This document shows positions 47,221 to 56,984 of a DNA stretch of 64,000 nt, piece by piece. Source of the DNA: an uncultured Acidobacteriota bacterium (lineage in GTDB: Bacteria; Acidobacteriota; Thermoanaerobaculia; Thermoanaerobaculales; Thermoanaerobaculaceae); the NCBI GenBank assembly GCA_963739225.1, contig CAVTZQ010000002.1, positions 2,331-66,330 of the forward strand, given 5' to 3'. Every line of letters starts with the position of its first letter. Position 1 is the first letter of the stretch. The notes beneath the pieces are model-generated. The model did no database searches and was not told the origin of the DNA. It saw nothing but the letters and a program-made list of their open reading frames with translations. The position numbers and the translations under genes are program-made.

Positions 47221-49152
47221 GTGAGCCGGAGGCTGATCATCGTTGTGACAGTCGGGCTGGCGTGGAGCTGCGCCGGGCTTGGCCAGGCCCGGGCGGGGGC
47301 GCCCGAGCGGGGCGCGGGATCGGGAGAGGCCCTGGCACTGGTGGCGCAGGCGCAGATGCGCCTGGCGGCGGGTGAGATCGCCGAGGGAGTGAAGCTTCTT
47401 CGGCGTGCCAGCGAGCTGGCCCCTGACGACCCCGAGCTGTCTGAGGAGTTCGGCCTGGCCCTCGCCGACGCCGGCATGAACGACGAGGCGATCAAGGAGC
47501 TGCGGAAGACCGGCGGGGACCTGAGCCCCTCCGGCGAGGCCACTTTCGGCGTCCTGCTGGCTCAGGCGTCACAGAGCCCCGCGGAGCTGGAGGCCGCGGT
47601 CAGGCACCTGCAGATGGGGGTGGACGCGGTCCCGCAGGGCGGCCAGGCCCGGCTGGTGCTGGCACAGTCATTGATCCGGCTGGGCAAGGGGCCGGAGGCC
47701 TGGGAGCAGGTGCGCGTCATGCTGGACGAGCGGCCGAACGACCCGCGGCTGTTTCTTCTCGCAGGCGAGTCGATGCGCCAGATGGGCAAACTCGACGAGG
47801 CCGCGGAGTGGCTCAAGCGCGCCGTCGCTGTGCCCGAGTTGCGCCAGCGCGCGACGCTCGAGCTGGTGGACACCCTGACCGCTGCCCGCAAGTTCAAGGA
47901 GGCCGCCGACGTCCTTGGCGACTTCCTGAGCAAGGAAGGCTCGACCCTCACAGGGCTGACGCGGTGGGCCACCCTTCTCGCGAGCTCGGGCGACAAGGAA
48001 AAGGCGCGGCAGGTCCTGGACCAGGTGCTTGCCGGGGACCCCAACCAGCACGACGCACTGCTTCTGAAAGCGATGGTCGAGGCAAACGATGGTCACATCG
48101 AGGCCGCCGAGCAGCTCTACAGGAAAACGCTTGCTGCTAACCCCGAAGACCCGGACGCCGCTCTCGGCCTGGCGCGCCTGCTGATCGACAGCCGGCACCT
48201 GGGCGAGGCGCGCACCGTGCTTGACGGTCTCTGGAAGGCGGTCGAGGAGAAGAAACTGGACAGCCCGGAGGCGGCGGCCGAGGTGGCGCAGGAACGGTCG
48301 GCCCTCGAGCTGCTCGATCACAAGACCGACGACGCCCTGCCTTGGCTCAAGAGGGCCGGCCGGGCGACCCTGGATCGCCGCCGGCTTGCACTCTGGGGCG
48401 AGTACTACCGGCTGAGGGAGGCTTACAAGGAAGGGTTGGTTTTCGTTCGCGACGCCAAGCTCGGGGATGACAAGGAAACTGCCCGCCTGCGCAGTGCGCT
48501 CCTGGTCGAATTCTCCCTCGCATCCGGGGACGAGGCGGGTGCCAAGGAGGTCCTGAGCCGCCTGCTCCAAGGGAACGCGGAGGACGTGGTATCCGCGCTC
48601 GGGGTCCTCGACCGGCGCAAGCGTTTCGCCGAGGCCGCGGCCCGCGCCAAGGAGGCGATTGCCCGACTGGGCGATGCACCGGCCGTGCAGTTCTCCTACG
48701 CGGCGGCGCTCGAGCGCTCCGGGGCGTGGGATTCGGCGGTCCAACAGTTCCGGAAACTTCTCGCCAAACAACCCGACAACCCGGCCGCGCTCAACTACCT
48801 CGGATACATGTTTGCGGACCGCGGCGTGAACCTCGAGGAGGCCCGGACGTTGCTCATCAAGGCCGTCGATCTCGAGCCCACCTCGGGGGCGTTCCAGGAC
48901 TCGCTGGGATGGGTGTACTTCCGCCTCGGTGAGTTGGACCGTGCCGAGAAGTACCTTACCGAGGCGCTGCGCCTCGAGCCTTTCGACGCCACCCTCCGCG
49001 AGCACGTCGGCGACCTCTTCCGGGCCCGCGGTGACAAGGCCAAGGCCGCTGATTCGTACCGGCAGGCGCTACGCCTCGAGCTCGAGGAGGCCGGGCAGAA
49101 GGAACGGATCGAGAAGAAACTGGCCGAGGTCGCGGGTGCGCCTGCACCGTAA
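47221..49152 (+). CDS. TPR-repeat protein with signal peptide
   Basis: GTG at 47221 inside ORF 47038..49152 gives VSRRLIIVVTVGLAWSCAGLGQA. There are many TPR-like helices, e.g. ALNYLGYMFADRGVNLEEARTLLIKAVDLEP. Confidence 0.7.
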   Translation: MSRRLIIVVTVGLAWSCAGLGQARAGAPERGAGSGEALALVAQAQMRLAAGEIAEGVKLLRRASELAPDDPELSEEFGLALADAGMNDEAIKELRKTGGDLSPSGEATFGVLLAQASQSPAELEAAVRHLQMGVDAVPQGGQARLVLAQSLIRLGKGPEAWEQVRVMLDERPNDPRLFLLAGESMRQMGKLDEAAEWLKRAVAVPELRQRATLELVDTLTAARKFKEAADVLGDFLSKEGSTLTGLTRWATLLASSGDKEKARQVLDQVLAGDPNQHDALLLKAMVEANDGHIEAAEQLYRKTLAANPEDPDAALGLARLLIDSRHLGEARTVLDGLWKAVEEKKLDSPEAAAEVAQERSALELLDHKTDDALPWLKRAGRATLDRRRLALWGEYYRLREAYKEGLVFVRDAKLGDDKETARLRSALLVEFSLASGDEAGAKEVLSRLLQGNAEDVVSALGVLDRRKRFAEAAARAKEAIARLGDAPAVQFSYAAALERSGAWDSAVQQFRKLLAKQPDNPAALNYLGYMFADRGVNLEEARTLLIKAVDLEPTSGAFQDSLGWVYFRLGELDRAEKYLTEALRLEPFDATLREHVGDLFRARGDKAKAADSYRQALRLELEEAGQKERIEKKLAEVAGAPAP

Positions 49153-49847
49153 AGCGGCGATTGTCGTTCTGCTTCTCGCCGCGGCCGGCTGCCGCCACGC
49201 GGCTCGGCCGGGCCCGCTCCCCGGACTGGCAGACGCTGGTCAGCGAGCCGCGTCCCTTCGCGGCGCTCTACCGTTTCTCCTGCTGCGGGTATCGGGATCT
49301 CGTCCTGACCGTGCGCACCGATGGCAAGAGGCTGTCGCTGACCGTGGCAGTTCCGCCCGGGGGGACGGCACTTTCCGCGTGGGTCGAATCCGACGGGGGC
49401 TGGTTGAGAAGGGCCAAGGAGGGTTGCCGCGAGCCGTTGCCGAAGGGCGTGCTTCCGGTCTCCGCCAGCTCCTCGTTGCCGCTCGACCCGAGGCTCGCGA
49501 CACTGCTGCTCACCGGCCTGCTCCCATCCGACGCGCGCGAGCTGCCCGAGCTCCCGGGCTGGGTGGAGGCAACCGCCAGCGGGTTCTCGTGGCGCGCGCG
49601 GGTCGAGGGTCCCGAGCCGCGCTGTACCCGGGTGCTGGTGACACACCCTGGCAAGGAAAGCGCGCTGCTGGACGCGGAGCTGGAGAGCGCATCAAGCCGC
49701 GTATCCGGTGTCATGCCCATGGCCCGGGCAATCCAGCTCGTCGCCGGGTCGGTCAAGGCCGAGCTGATCCTGCAGGCGTGGCAGACCAGCGAGGCGCCCG
49801 TGCCCCCGCCATGGTTGTCGGCGCCGGTCTGCGGAGCGAGGCCGTGA
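49136..49847 (+). pseudogene. LolB-like outer-membrane lipoprotein (by position upstream of ispE); signal peptide and body in different frames (one extra base about 49223)
   Basis: Frame from GTG 49136 reads VRLHRKAAIVVLLLAAAGCRHAARPGPLP (lipobox). The +1 frame (ORF 49161..49847) continues DWQTLVSEPRPFAALYRFSCCGYRDLVLTV... The lolB-ispE-prs gene order is established in proteobacteria. The LolB assignment itself is weak. Confidence 0.45.
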
Positions 49848-50728
49848 GGCTTCGCGTCCGCTGCCCGGCCAAGGTGAACCTGCACCTGGAGGTGCTGGGC
49901 CGGCGCGCCGACGGCTTCCACGAGCTCCGCACGATCTTCGCGGCGGTGGGGGTGTGGGACGAGCTGTCCTGCGAGAGCGCGCCGGCCGGCGTCCTTGAAC
50001 TGGCCGTCGAGCCTCCGGGTTTAGTTTCGGCCGGGGACGAGAACCTGGTTGTGAGAGCGGCCCGGGCCCTCGCCGAGCGCCTCGGCACGGCGCACGGGGC
50101 CCGGATCAGGCTGCGGAAGGGGATCCCGGTTGCGGGTGGGCTTGGGGGCGGCTCCTCGGACGCCGCCGCGGCGCTGGCCGGGCTCGCCCGCCTTTGGGAA
50201 GATCGTGAAGAAATTCGCGAGCTCGAGCCGCTCGCGGCGGAGCTCGGCGCGGACGTGCCGTTCTTCCTGGTGGGCGGGGTCGCCTGGGGGGTGGGACGGG
50301 GCTCGGAGGTGGCGCCGCTGCCGGACCTCCCGCCCTGGTGGCTCGTCCTGCTGCCCGGCCCCGAGCCGATCCCGACCGCCGAGGTCTACCGCGGTCTGGA
50401 CGCCAGCTCGCTGGACGTGGATGGCGCGTCTGAGATATACCAGTGGGTGGCTGTGGGGGGAGAGCTCCCGCTGGGGAGTTGCCGAAACGACTTGCAGCCA
50501 ACGGTCGTGAAGCGCTGGCCGGAGGTCGGCCGGCGTCTGGAACGTGTGGACGCCACGCAGCCGCTACTGGCAATGCTATCCGGAAGCGGTGGAACGGTTT
50601 TTGGGCTCTACCAGGACGAGGCGCGGGCACGGCAGGCTGCCGGGGCACTCGGGACCTTTCGTCCGATGGTTGTGCCTCTGCTCACCCGTGCGGCGTCACT
50701 CCTGCGGCCGTCAGCGATGGAGGAGTGA
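49844..50728 (+). CDS. ispE: 4-diphosphocytidyl-2-C-methyl-D-erythritol kinase
   Basis: GTG at 49844 (GTGA overlap with the previous stop) inside ORF 48929..50728. CPAKVNLHLEVLGRRADGFHEL, and the GHMP motif PVAGGLGGGSSDAAA. Confidence 0.9.
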   Translation: MRLRVRCPAKVNLHLEVLGRRADGFHELRTIFAAVGVWDELSCESAPAGVLELAVEPPGLVSAGDENLVVRAARALAERLGTAHGARIRLRKGIPVAGGLGGGSSDAAAALAGLARLWEDREEIRELEPLAAELGADVPFFLVGGVAWGVGRGSEVAPLPDLPPWWLVLLPGPEPIPTAEVYRGLDASSLDVDGASEIYQWVAVGGELPLGSCRNDLQPTVVKRWPEVGRRLERVDATQPLLAMLSGSGGTVFGLYQDEARARQAAGALGTFRPMVVPLLTRAASLLRPSAMEE

Positions 50729-50731
50729 GTC

Positions 50732-51097
50732 ATGGAGATCAGCGAGGTCCGCATCAACTTGAACAAGGGCGGCAAGGTCAAGGCCTTCGCCCAGGTGATC
50801 TTCGACAGTTGCTTCCTGCTGGGTGACATCCGGGTGCTGGAGGGGAAGGAGGGCACGGTGTACGTGGCGATGCCCTCGCGCCGCCTGCGTAACGGCTCCT
50901 TCAGGGACATCGCTCACCCCCTCAACACCGACACCAGGAAGCGGCTGGACGAGGCGATCCTCTCCGAGTACGAGAAGGTCGCCGCAGAGCGCGGGACCAC
51001 CGGGGACGCCGCCGCGGCGTCCACGCGCTCGCAGCAGATCGCCAGCCGCCTGCTTGGGGAGAAGTTCTGGACCAACGACGAGGGCGAGGAAGAGTAG
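50732..51097 (+). CDS. spoVG: Septation protein SpoVG
   Basis: ORF track, 121 aa. MEISEVRINL...KAFAQVIFDSCFLLGDIRVLEGKEGTVYVAMPSRR...FRDIAHPLNTDTR. Confidence 0.9.
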   Translation: MEISEVRINLNKGGKVKAFAQVIFDSCFLLGDIRVLEGKEGTVYVAMPSRRLRNGSFRDIAHPLNTDTRKRLDEAILSEYEKVAAERGTTGDAAAASTRSQQIASRLLGEKFWTNDEGEEE

Positions 51098-51109
51098 CGC
51101 TAGACTTTG

Positions 51110-51138
51110 TGGACAGGCGACAGCCGGGGAACTAGACT
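51110..51138 (+). promoter_or_regulatory. Candidate promoter for tRNA-Gln (TGGACA, 17 nt spacer, TAGACT)
   Basis: Read directly: -35 at 51110-51115 and -10 at 51133-51138. The mature tRNA 5' end lies 12 nt downstream of the -10. Confidence 0.4.
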
Positions 51139-51149
51139 CTACCCCCGAC

Positions 51150-51224
51150 TGGGGCGTCGGCAAATGGTAAGCCACGGGACTTTGGATCCCGTATGTGCAG
51201 GTTCGAGTCCTGCCGCCCCAGCCA
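51150..51224 (+). tRNA. tRNA-Gln (anticodon UUG), CCA encoded
   Basis: Hand-folded: acceptor TGGGGCG/CGCCCCA (U1-A72, as in E. coli tRNA-Gln), D arm GGCA/AGCC, anticodon stem CGGGA/TCCCG with loop CTTTGGA, T arm GCAGG-TTCGAGT-CCTGC, discriminator G, CCA. 75 nt. Confidence 0.9.
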
Positions 51225-51246
51225 GATCGCCGGTTGCGAGGATGGC

Positions 51247-52194
51247 ATGCACGAGCAAAACCCGTTGGTGGTCTTCTCTGGACGCGCCCACCCGCAACTG
51301 ACCGACCGCATCTGCGACTACCTGCAGATTCCGCGAGGCGAGGTCCGCCTGTACAACTTCTCCGACGGCGAGAGCGGCTGCCAGATCGAGGAGAACGTGC
51401 GAGGCGGGGACGTCTACGTCGTCCAGCCGACCTGCCCCCCGGTCAACGACAACCTGATGGAGATGCTGATCCTGCTGGACGCCTGCCGACGCTCCTCGGC
51501 TTCCCGCATCACGGCGGTCATGCCGTACTTCGGCTACGGACGCCAGGACCGGAAGGACCGCCCGCGGGTGCCGATCACCGCCAAGCTCATCTGCGACCTC
51601 ATCACCTCTGCGGGGGCAACGCGCATCCTCTCCATGGACCTGCACGCGGCCCAGATCCAGGGGTTCTTCAACATCCCGGTGGACCACCTCTTCGCCGCCC
51701 CGGTGCTGATCGAGGAGATCAGGCGGCTCGATCTGCCGGGGCTGGTGATGGTCTCGCCCGACGCGGGTGGCGTGGAACGGGCCCGCGCCTTTGCGAAGCG
51801 CCTGGAGGCGGGCCTCGCGATCACGGACAAGAGGCGCATCAGCCCCAACCACGCCGAGGTCATGCACATCATCGGCGAAGTCGAGGGGCGCACCTGTGTG
51901 ATCGTGGACGACATCATCGACACCGCCGGGACGCTGGTGAAAACAGCCGAGGCGCTGCAGGAGCGTGGCGCCGCGCAGGTGCTGGCGGCCGGCGTTCATC
52001 CCGTGCTCTCCGGGCCCGCGGTCGAGCGCATCATGACCTCGCCGGTGCAGACGGTGATCGTCACCGACACGATCCCGCTCGGCGAGCAGGCGCGGGAGTG
52101 CCCCAAGATCCGCCAGCTCTCGGTGGCCGAGCTGCTCGGGGAGGCCATCCGCCGCATCCACGAGGCCAAGTCCGTCTCGAGTTTGTTCGTTTAG
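51247..52194 (+). CDS. prs: Ribose-phosphate pyrophosphokinase
   Basis: ATG at 51247 inside ORF 51193..52194. YFGYGRQDRK, VSPDAGGVERAR and VDDIIDTAGTL. Confidence 0.95.
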   Translation: MHEQNPLVVFSGRAHPQLTDRICDYLQIPRGEVRLYNFSDGESGCQIEENVRGGDVYVVQPTCPPVNDNLMEMLILLDACRRSSASRITAVMPYFGYGRQDRKDRPRVPITAKLICDLITSAGATRILSMDLHAAQIQGFFNIPVDHLFAAPVLIEEIRRLDLPGLVMVSPDAGGVERARAFAKRLEAGLAITDKRRISPNHAEVMHIIGEVEGRTCVIVDDIIDTAGTLVKTAEALQERGAAQVLAAGVHPVLSGPAVERIMTSPVQTVIVTDTIPLGEQARECPKIRQLSVAELLGEAIRRIHEAKSVSSLFV

Positions 52195-52335
52195 AGACAG
52201 CTAACAGCTGCAAGCCGGGGCCCGCCCCGAGGGCCGATCGCCGGGTGGGGGAGCTGTCGGCCCTTGGCTGCAAGCCCCTTGTGTGGTACAGTTCCAGCCC
52301 TTCGCGGCCAAGCCGCGAGGTCGGAGGTAGGTGTC

Positions 52336-53028
52336 ATGGCAGAGCTCGTCATCGAGGTGGAGCGCCGCAGCTCCACTGGCAAGGGCGCGAACCGCAAGCT
52401 GCGTCAGCAGGGGCTGATCCCCGCGATCGTCTACGGCGGCGGCAAGGACAAGGAGTCGGTGCCGGTGGTCATCGACCGGCACGCCGTGACCGAGCTGCTG
52501 CGCCAGGAGAAGGGTCGCAACACGGTGTTCCTGCTCAAGATGAAGGGCACCAAGCAGGAGCGCCAGGCGATGGTGCGCGACGCGCAGATCGATCCCATCA
52601 CCCGGCAGTACGTCCACCTTGACTTCATCCGCGTGATGAAAGGCCAGCGCCTCAAGGTCGAAGTGCCGATCGTGCTCGAGGGCGAGTCCGAGGGCGTCAA
52701 GGTCGGCGGCTTCCTCGACTGGGTTGGGCGCTCGCTCCACGTCGAGTGCCCGGCCGAGGAGATCCCGCAGTCCTTCCACGTCGACATCTCCAACCTCCAG
52801 TTGTCGCAGCACCTCACCGCGGCCGACATTGCGCTGCCGCCGAGTGCCAAGCTGGCGGACGACCCCCACAAGGTGATCGTCACCATCGCCGTCCCGCACG
52901 TGAAGGCCGAGGAGGAGGAGAAGGCTGCCGAGGAGGCCGCTGCTGCAGCCACTGCCGAGGAGGTCACCGAGCCCGAGGTCATCAAGCGCGGCAAGGCCGT
53001 TGCGGAGGAGGGCGAGGAAGCCGAGTAG
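52336..53028 (+). CDS. rplY: 50S ribosomal protein L25 / general stress protein Ctc (long form with acidic tail)
   Basis: ATG at 52336 (GGAGGT upstream) inside ORF 52264..53028. GKGANRKLRQQGLIPAIVYG and HLDFIRV. Confidence 0.9.
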   Translation: MAELVIEVERRSSTGKGANRKLRQQGLIPAIVYGGGKDKESVPVVIDRHAVTELLRQEKGRNTVFLLKMKGTKQERQAMVRDAQIDPITRQYVHLDFIRVMKGQRLKVEVPIVLEGESEGVKVGGFLDWVGRSLHVECPAEEIPQSFHVDISNLQLSQHLTAADIALPPSAKLADDPHKVIVTIAVPHVKAEEEEKAAEEAAAAATAEEVTEPEVIKRGKAVAEEGEEAE

Positions 53029-53046
53029 CACCGGCGGCTTCAACTC

Positions 53047-53637
53047 ATGGACATCGCAGCGGTCGTCGGGCTGGGCAACCCCGGCGCGGAGTACGCGCTC
53101 ACGCGTCACAACGTGGGCTTCCTGGTGGTCGAGGAGATGGCGCGGCGCTGGCGCGTCACCAACTGGCGCAGCCGGTACCACGCCAGGGTCGCCCGCCGCG
53201 CCGGCGGTCGCCCGACCTTTCTGGTCAAGCCGCAAACGTTCATGAACATGTCCGGGGACGCCCTGGCGCTGTTCACGGCCGGGGAGGAGCTCGCGCCGGG
53301 CCAGTGCCTGGTGGTGGTGGACGACGTGGACATGCCCCTCGGGCAGCTTCGCCTGCGCGAGAGTGGCGGCCCCGGCACCCACAACGGCCTGCGCTCGATC
53401 GTGGACGCCATCGGTGAGGGCCTCCCGCGCCTGCGCCTCGGGATCTGCGGCGAGCACCCCTGGGACGACCTCGCGGAGTACGTCCTCGCACCGTTCGAGA
53501 ATGAGGAGAAGGAAGCCGTGGTCGCGATGGTCAAGCGCGCCGCCGACTGCATCGAGACCGCCCTACGCCTCGGCATCGCCCGCACAGCCACCCAGTTCAA
53601 CCAGGCCGTCGCCACGGAGCCTTCAGGGCCCGCCTGA
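53047..53637 (+). CDS. pth: Peptidyl-tRNA hydrolase
   Basis: ORF track, 196 aa. VGLGNPGAEYALTRHNVGF, DDVDMPLGQLRLRESGG.GTHNGLRS. Confidence 0.93.
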   Translation: MDIAAVVGLGNPGAEYALTRHNVGFLVVEEMARRWRVTNWRSRYHARVARRAGGRPTFLVKPQTFMNMSGDALALFTAGEELAPGQCLVVVDDVDMPLGQLRLRESGGPGTHNGLRSIVDAIGEGLPRLRLGICGEHPWDDLAEYVLAPFENEEKEAVVAMVKRAADCIETALRLGIARTATQFNQAVATEPSGPA

Positions 53638-53667
53638 GCGTCAGGAACGCATGCCTCCGGGACCAGG

Positions 53668-54330
53668 GTGATGACCAATGTCGTTGAGTCCGCTCGTGAG
53701 GAAAAGGGCGAGTTTCGCCAGCTCCTGGGCTACACCGCGGCCGGGTACATCGCCGGAATCGCGCTCGCGATCGTGCTCGACCACCTCGGGCTCCAGCGCA
53801 GCCCGGTCGGTCAGTGGCTCGTACGGACGCTCTCGGGCGAGGGCGAGAGCCTGTTCGAGGGGATGTTTGCCCTCCGGCAACGGGTGCGCCGGGCATCGGC
53901 ATCGATGGCCGAGGCGTACGCCTGGGGAAAACTGCTTGGCATGGCGGCGCCGTGGGCCATCGACTGGGGCAGTCGCACCCTCGGTGTGAACGTCTACGGG
54001 GTCGGCGGTTTTTACATTCCGTACTTCTACGCCCTTTCGGACCAGATCGGCGCGAACGTCTCAGGCCTCCTCTTCCTGCGACGCGAGGGGGGGACGTGGT
54101 CGAAAGCCACAGCCCGGTACGCCCGGGACCCGGTGATGCTCGCCAGCCTCGCCGTCATCTTGCTCGTCCCGGTCGGTCTGCTGCTGGCGAGACTCGCCGG
54201 GTTCAGCCCCACGACGCAGCTCTACACGGCGTTCGAGACGATGGCGGCAAACCTCTGCTGGGTCCCTCCCCTGGTCGGCTGGCTCGTGGAACGGCGCGAA
54301 AAGCGCGAGAAGGGGAAAGGCGCCCAGTAG
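53668..54330 (+). CDS. Integral membrane protein, hypothetical
   Basis: ORF track, 220 aa, several hydrophobic helices. No family recognised. Confidence 0.5.
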   Translation: MMTNVVESAREEKGEFRQLLGYTAAGYIAGIALAIVLDHLGLQRSPVGQWLVRTLSGEGESLFEGMFALRQRVRRASASMAEAYAWGKLLGMAAPWAIDWGSRTLGVNVYGVGGFYIPYFYALSDQIGANVSGLLFLRREGGTWSKATARYARDPVMLASLAVILLVPVGLLLARLAGFSPTTQLYTAFETMAANLCWVPPLVGWLVERREKREKGKGAQ

Positions 54331-54444
54331 CGCGCGCGGGACGGAGCGCGTCTTCATGGACTCCGGCCGTCCCTCGAGATTGCCTCTGCCCAACACAGGT
54401 GGATTGGACCTCGCCGAATGGCACGCGGCTCATCAACCGCACCG

Positions 54445-54473
54445 TTGACCTCGTGGAACACCGGTACTACTGT
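54445..54473 (+). promoter_or_regulatory. Candidate promoter (TTGACC, 17 nt spacer, TACTGT) for the 54516 gene
   Basis: Read directly, about 43 nt upstream of the ATG at 54516. Confidence 0.3.
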
Positions 54474-54515
54474 GCACGGTGGAGCGGCTTCGGGCAGACG
54501 AAAGCGAGGTGCGCG

Positions 54516-55031
54516 ATGCGATCGAAGGCGATGCTTCTCTGGGTGAGCGCACTCCCTTGCCTGGTTTTCGCGGCGAGCACTCCGATCGGTCAAGCGGACA
54601 CAGCTAATGCGGCCGGCGTTTTCTGGCTCGTCACGGTCAACGGTCACCAGCTCCCGGCGGTCTCCTGGACGCTAGACCAGCAGGGGCGTTCGTGTGTCAC
54701 GGAGACGTTGGGGGGAGCGCTGCTGCTCGGCTCCAACGGACGTTGGGCCGGCCTCGTCACGGAGCAGACCGGCTGTCCCACACCGGCGGGCCTCGGTAGC
54801 GACGTACCGCCGGTCTCGGAGGTTCACGGAGGCTCGTTTGCGATCACCGGCAACGCCGTCACCTTCCACGACGAGGGCCTCGACCTGACGAGCCGTGCCT
54901 CGCTAAAGAAGAACGTTCTGACCTGGACCGTGATCGGCCTGGATTGGCACCAGACGTCCGAATTTGTCCTCAAGAAGCTGCCGTACGTGTGGTCGAGCCT
55001 CGCGCGCCCGGCCGACGCCGTGGGCAGGTAG
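54516..55031 (+). CDS. Secreted hypothetical protein
   Basis: ATG at 54516 inside ORF 53814..55031 gives the signal peptide MRSKAMLLWVSALPCLVFAAS. No family recognised. Confidence 0.5.
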   Translation: MRSKAMLLWVSALPCLVFAASTPIGQADTANAAGVFWLVTVNGHQLPAVSWTLDQQGRSCVTETLGGALLLGSNGRWAGLVTEQTGCPTPAGLGSDVPPVSEVHGGSFAITGNAVTFHDEGLDLTSRASLKKNVLTWTVIGLDWHQTSEFVLKKLPYVWSSLARPADAVGR

Positions 55032-55278
55032 CTGACTAATCCTGGGAGCGCCAGCGGAGGTGGGTCGGCTGCCCGCGCGGACGGAACGGGGGCCGGGTAG
55101 CGCCAAACGGACGACGCAACCTGCCCGGTGGAACTTCACCCGCCCTCCCGAACGCCATGCCTCTGGTGTCTTTCTGGGTGGGGGGAACCATTCCACCCCG
55201 CGGGGCAAGAGAAAACCCACGGAGTGGCAGTAAGTCCCATTGAAAAGGGAGGCTTTCGGGTCCCGAGGGCCGTTCGGC

Positions 55279-55307
55279 TTGCTTTTTGCCGCGCCAGCGC
55301 ATAGAAT
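55279..55307 (+). promoter_or_regulatory. Candidate promoter for rpsF-rpsR-(DUF2232)-rplI (TTGCTT, 17 nt spacer, TAGAAT)
   Basis: Read directly: -35 at 55279-55284 and -10 at 55302-55307. It is followed by a leader of about 67 nt with two GC hairpins (55315-55330 and 55341-55356). Confidence 0.45.
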
Positions 55308-55380
55308 CCACAGTCCGCCTGGCATGGCGGACCCCTTGCTCCCGCCTCGATGCGGGGGCCGAAGGCCGAAAGGAGACGAC

Positions 55381-55782
55381 ATGCCGCTGTACGAACTCGG
55401 TGTCATCATCAACCCCAGCCTGGCAGACGAAGAGCGTGAGGCTTTCCTGGGTGAGCTGAAGGACCTGCTCGCCAAGGAGGGCGCGTCGATCGTCAAGGAA
55501 GACGTCTGGGGGAAGCGCAACCTCGCCTACTCCATCAAGCACGAGCGTGAGGGCTTTTACGTGTTCTGGCAGTACGAGGGCCCCGGCACCGTCGTGAAGC
55601 CGCTGGAGTACAAGCTGCGCCTGTCCGACCAGGTGCTGCGCTACCTCAATCTGAACCTGGACCGCGAGATGCAGCGCGCCCGCAAGATGGAGAAGGTGCG
55701 AGCGGAGCAGAAGGCCGCCAAGCGCGAGAGGAAGGGGCAGCGCGCGGAAACCGCCGGAGCGGCTCCCGTCGCGGAGGTGTGA
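55381..55782 (+). CDS. rpsF: 30S ribosomal protein S6
   Basis: ATG at 55381 (AAAGGAG upstream) inside ORF 55240..55782. [14 protein letters not shown]...[19 protein letters not shown]. Confidence 0.95.
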   Translation: MPLYELGVIINPSLADEEREAFLGELKDLLAKEGASIVKEDVWGKRNLAYSIKHEREGFYVFWQYEGPGTVVKPLEYKLRLSDQVLRYLNLNLDREMQRARKMEKVRAEQKAAKRERKGQRAETAGAAPVAEV

Positions 55783-55783
55783 G

Positions 55784-56014
55784 ATGGGGAAGAAAAAGTA
55801 CTTCGTCAAGCGCAAGAAGACCTGCAAGTTCACGGCCGAAGGGATCGAGTACATCGACTACAAGGACATCGACCTGATCCGGCAGTACGTCCCGGTCTCG
55901 GGCAAGATCCTGCCGCGGCGCGTGTCCGGCACCAACCCGATCTACCAGCGCAAGCTGACCCGGGCGATCAAGCGCGCGCGGCTGATGGCGCTGCTTCCTT
56001 TCCTGGGGGACTAA
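55784..56014 (+). CDS. rpsR: 30S ribosomal protein S18
   Basis: ORF track, 76 aa. [15 protein letters not shown]...ILPRRVSGT...[19 protein letters not shown]. Confidence 0.95.
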   Translation: MGKKKYFVKRKKTCKFTAEGIEYIDYKDIDLIRQYVPVSGKILPRRVSGTNPIYQRKLTRAIKRARLMALLPFLGD

Positions 56015-56024
56015 GAAAGCGCCT

Positions 56025-56984
56025 TTGATGGCGTCGAGCCCGGCACCCTCTACGCCGCCATCCCTCCGTCTGTTCGGCCCTGGGATGGCGGGTTTGTTTT
56101 CCCTGCTGGTTTTCGCCAGCCTGCCGCTGCTGCCATTCCTGGGGGTGTTCCTGGCGCTCCTGGCACCGTTGCCGCTGGTGCACGTGATGGCCAGGGGTCG
56201 GACCTCGTTTGTGGCCTGGGGTTGGGTCGCCATCGGCCTCATGAGCGCCGTCTTCCTGTTTCGGACACCGTGGCTGATCGCGCTGTGCGTGGGTTACCTG
56301 CTGATCGCGGTCTGGCCCGCGGTCTCGGTCGAAACCTGGTTGCGCCGGCAGTGGAGCACCGGCCGCTGGGCTGCGATCGTGGCGTTGGTGGCGATGGCGA
56401 TAACGGCCGCGGTCGTTACCGCGGTGTTCTGGCCGACACTGCCGGGTGAGGGCCTGACCCAGCTCTTTGCCCGCTTGATGGCCGGGGCGAGCGAACTCGT
56501 CCGGTCGCTGGGTAACGGCGTGGGCGGCGAGGAGCTGATGGCCCGCGCGATGCGGGCGGTGGCCTACCTCACGCCGGCAATGGCCGCGCTGTACGTGCTG
56601 ACAGGAGCGCTGTGGCTGCGGCCCCGGTTGCCATTGCTGGGGCTGCCGCGGGGCAGCGAGCCGTTCCCCCTCTACGCCTCGGAGGAGTGGCTTCCGGTGG
56701 GGTTCGTGGTCGGTGGGCTCGGCTGGGTGCTGGCTCCCGAGCCGTACAAGTGGCTGGCGGCAAACCTGTTGGTGACGGTTCTCGGGTTGTATTTCGTCCA
56801 TGGGCTGGCTATCATCCTTTTCTACCTCGGGCGCCGGTTTGGCATGAACCGGTGGGTGCGGCTGGGCGTCGTCGTGTTTGCCCTGCAGATTCCGGTGGCG
56901 CTGATCTTCTCGGCCCTCGGTCTCGCCGACACCTTCTTCGGCCTGCGCCGCGGGGGAGCGCACGACGGAGGGCGTGAAGCATGA
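56025..56984 (+). CDS. Polytopic membrane protein in the YybS/DUF2232 position between rpsR and rplI
   Basis: ORF track, 319 aa, about 8 hydrophobic helices. The family call rests mainly on conserved position and is unverified. Confidence 0.5.
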   Translation: MMASSPAPSTPPSLRLFGPGMAGLFSLLVFASLPLLPFLGVFLALLAPLPLVHVMARGRTSFVAWGWVAIGLMSAVFLFRTPWLIALCVGYLLIAVWPAVSVETWLRRQWSTGRWAAIVALVAMAITAAVVTAVFWPTLPGEGLTQLFARLMAGASELVRSLGNGVGGEELMARAMRAVAYLTPAMAALYVLTGALWLRPRLPLLGLPRGSEPFPLYASEEWLPVGFVVGGLGWVLAPEPYKWLAANLLVTVLGLYFVHGLAIILFYLGRRFGMNRWVRLGVVVFALQIPVALIFSALGLADTFFGLRRGGAHDGGREA

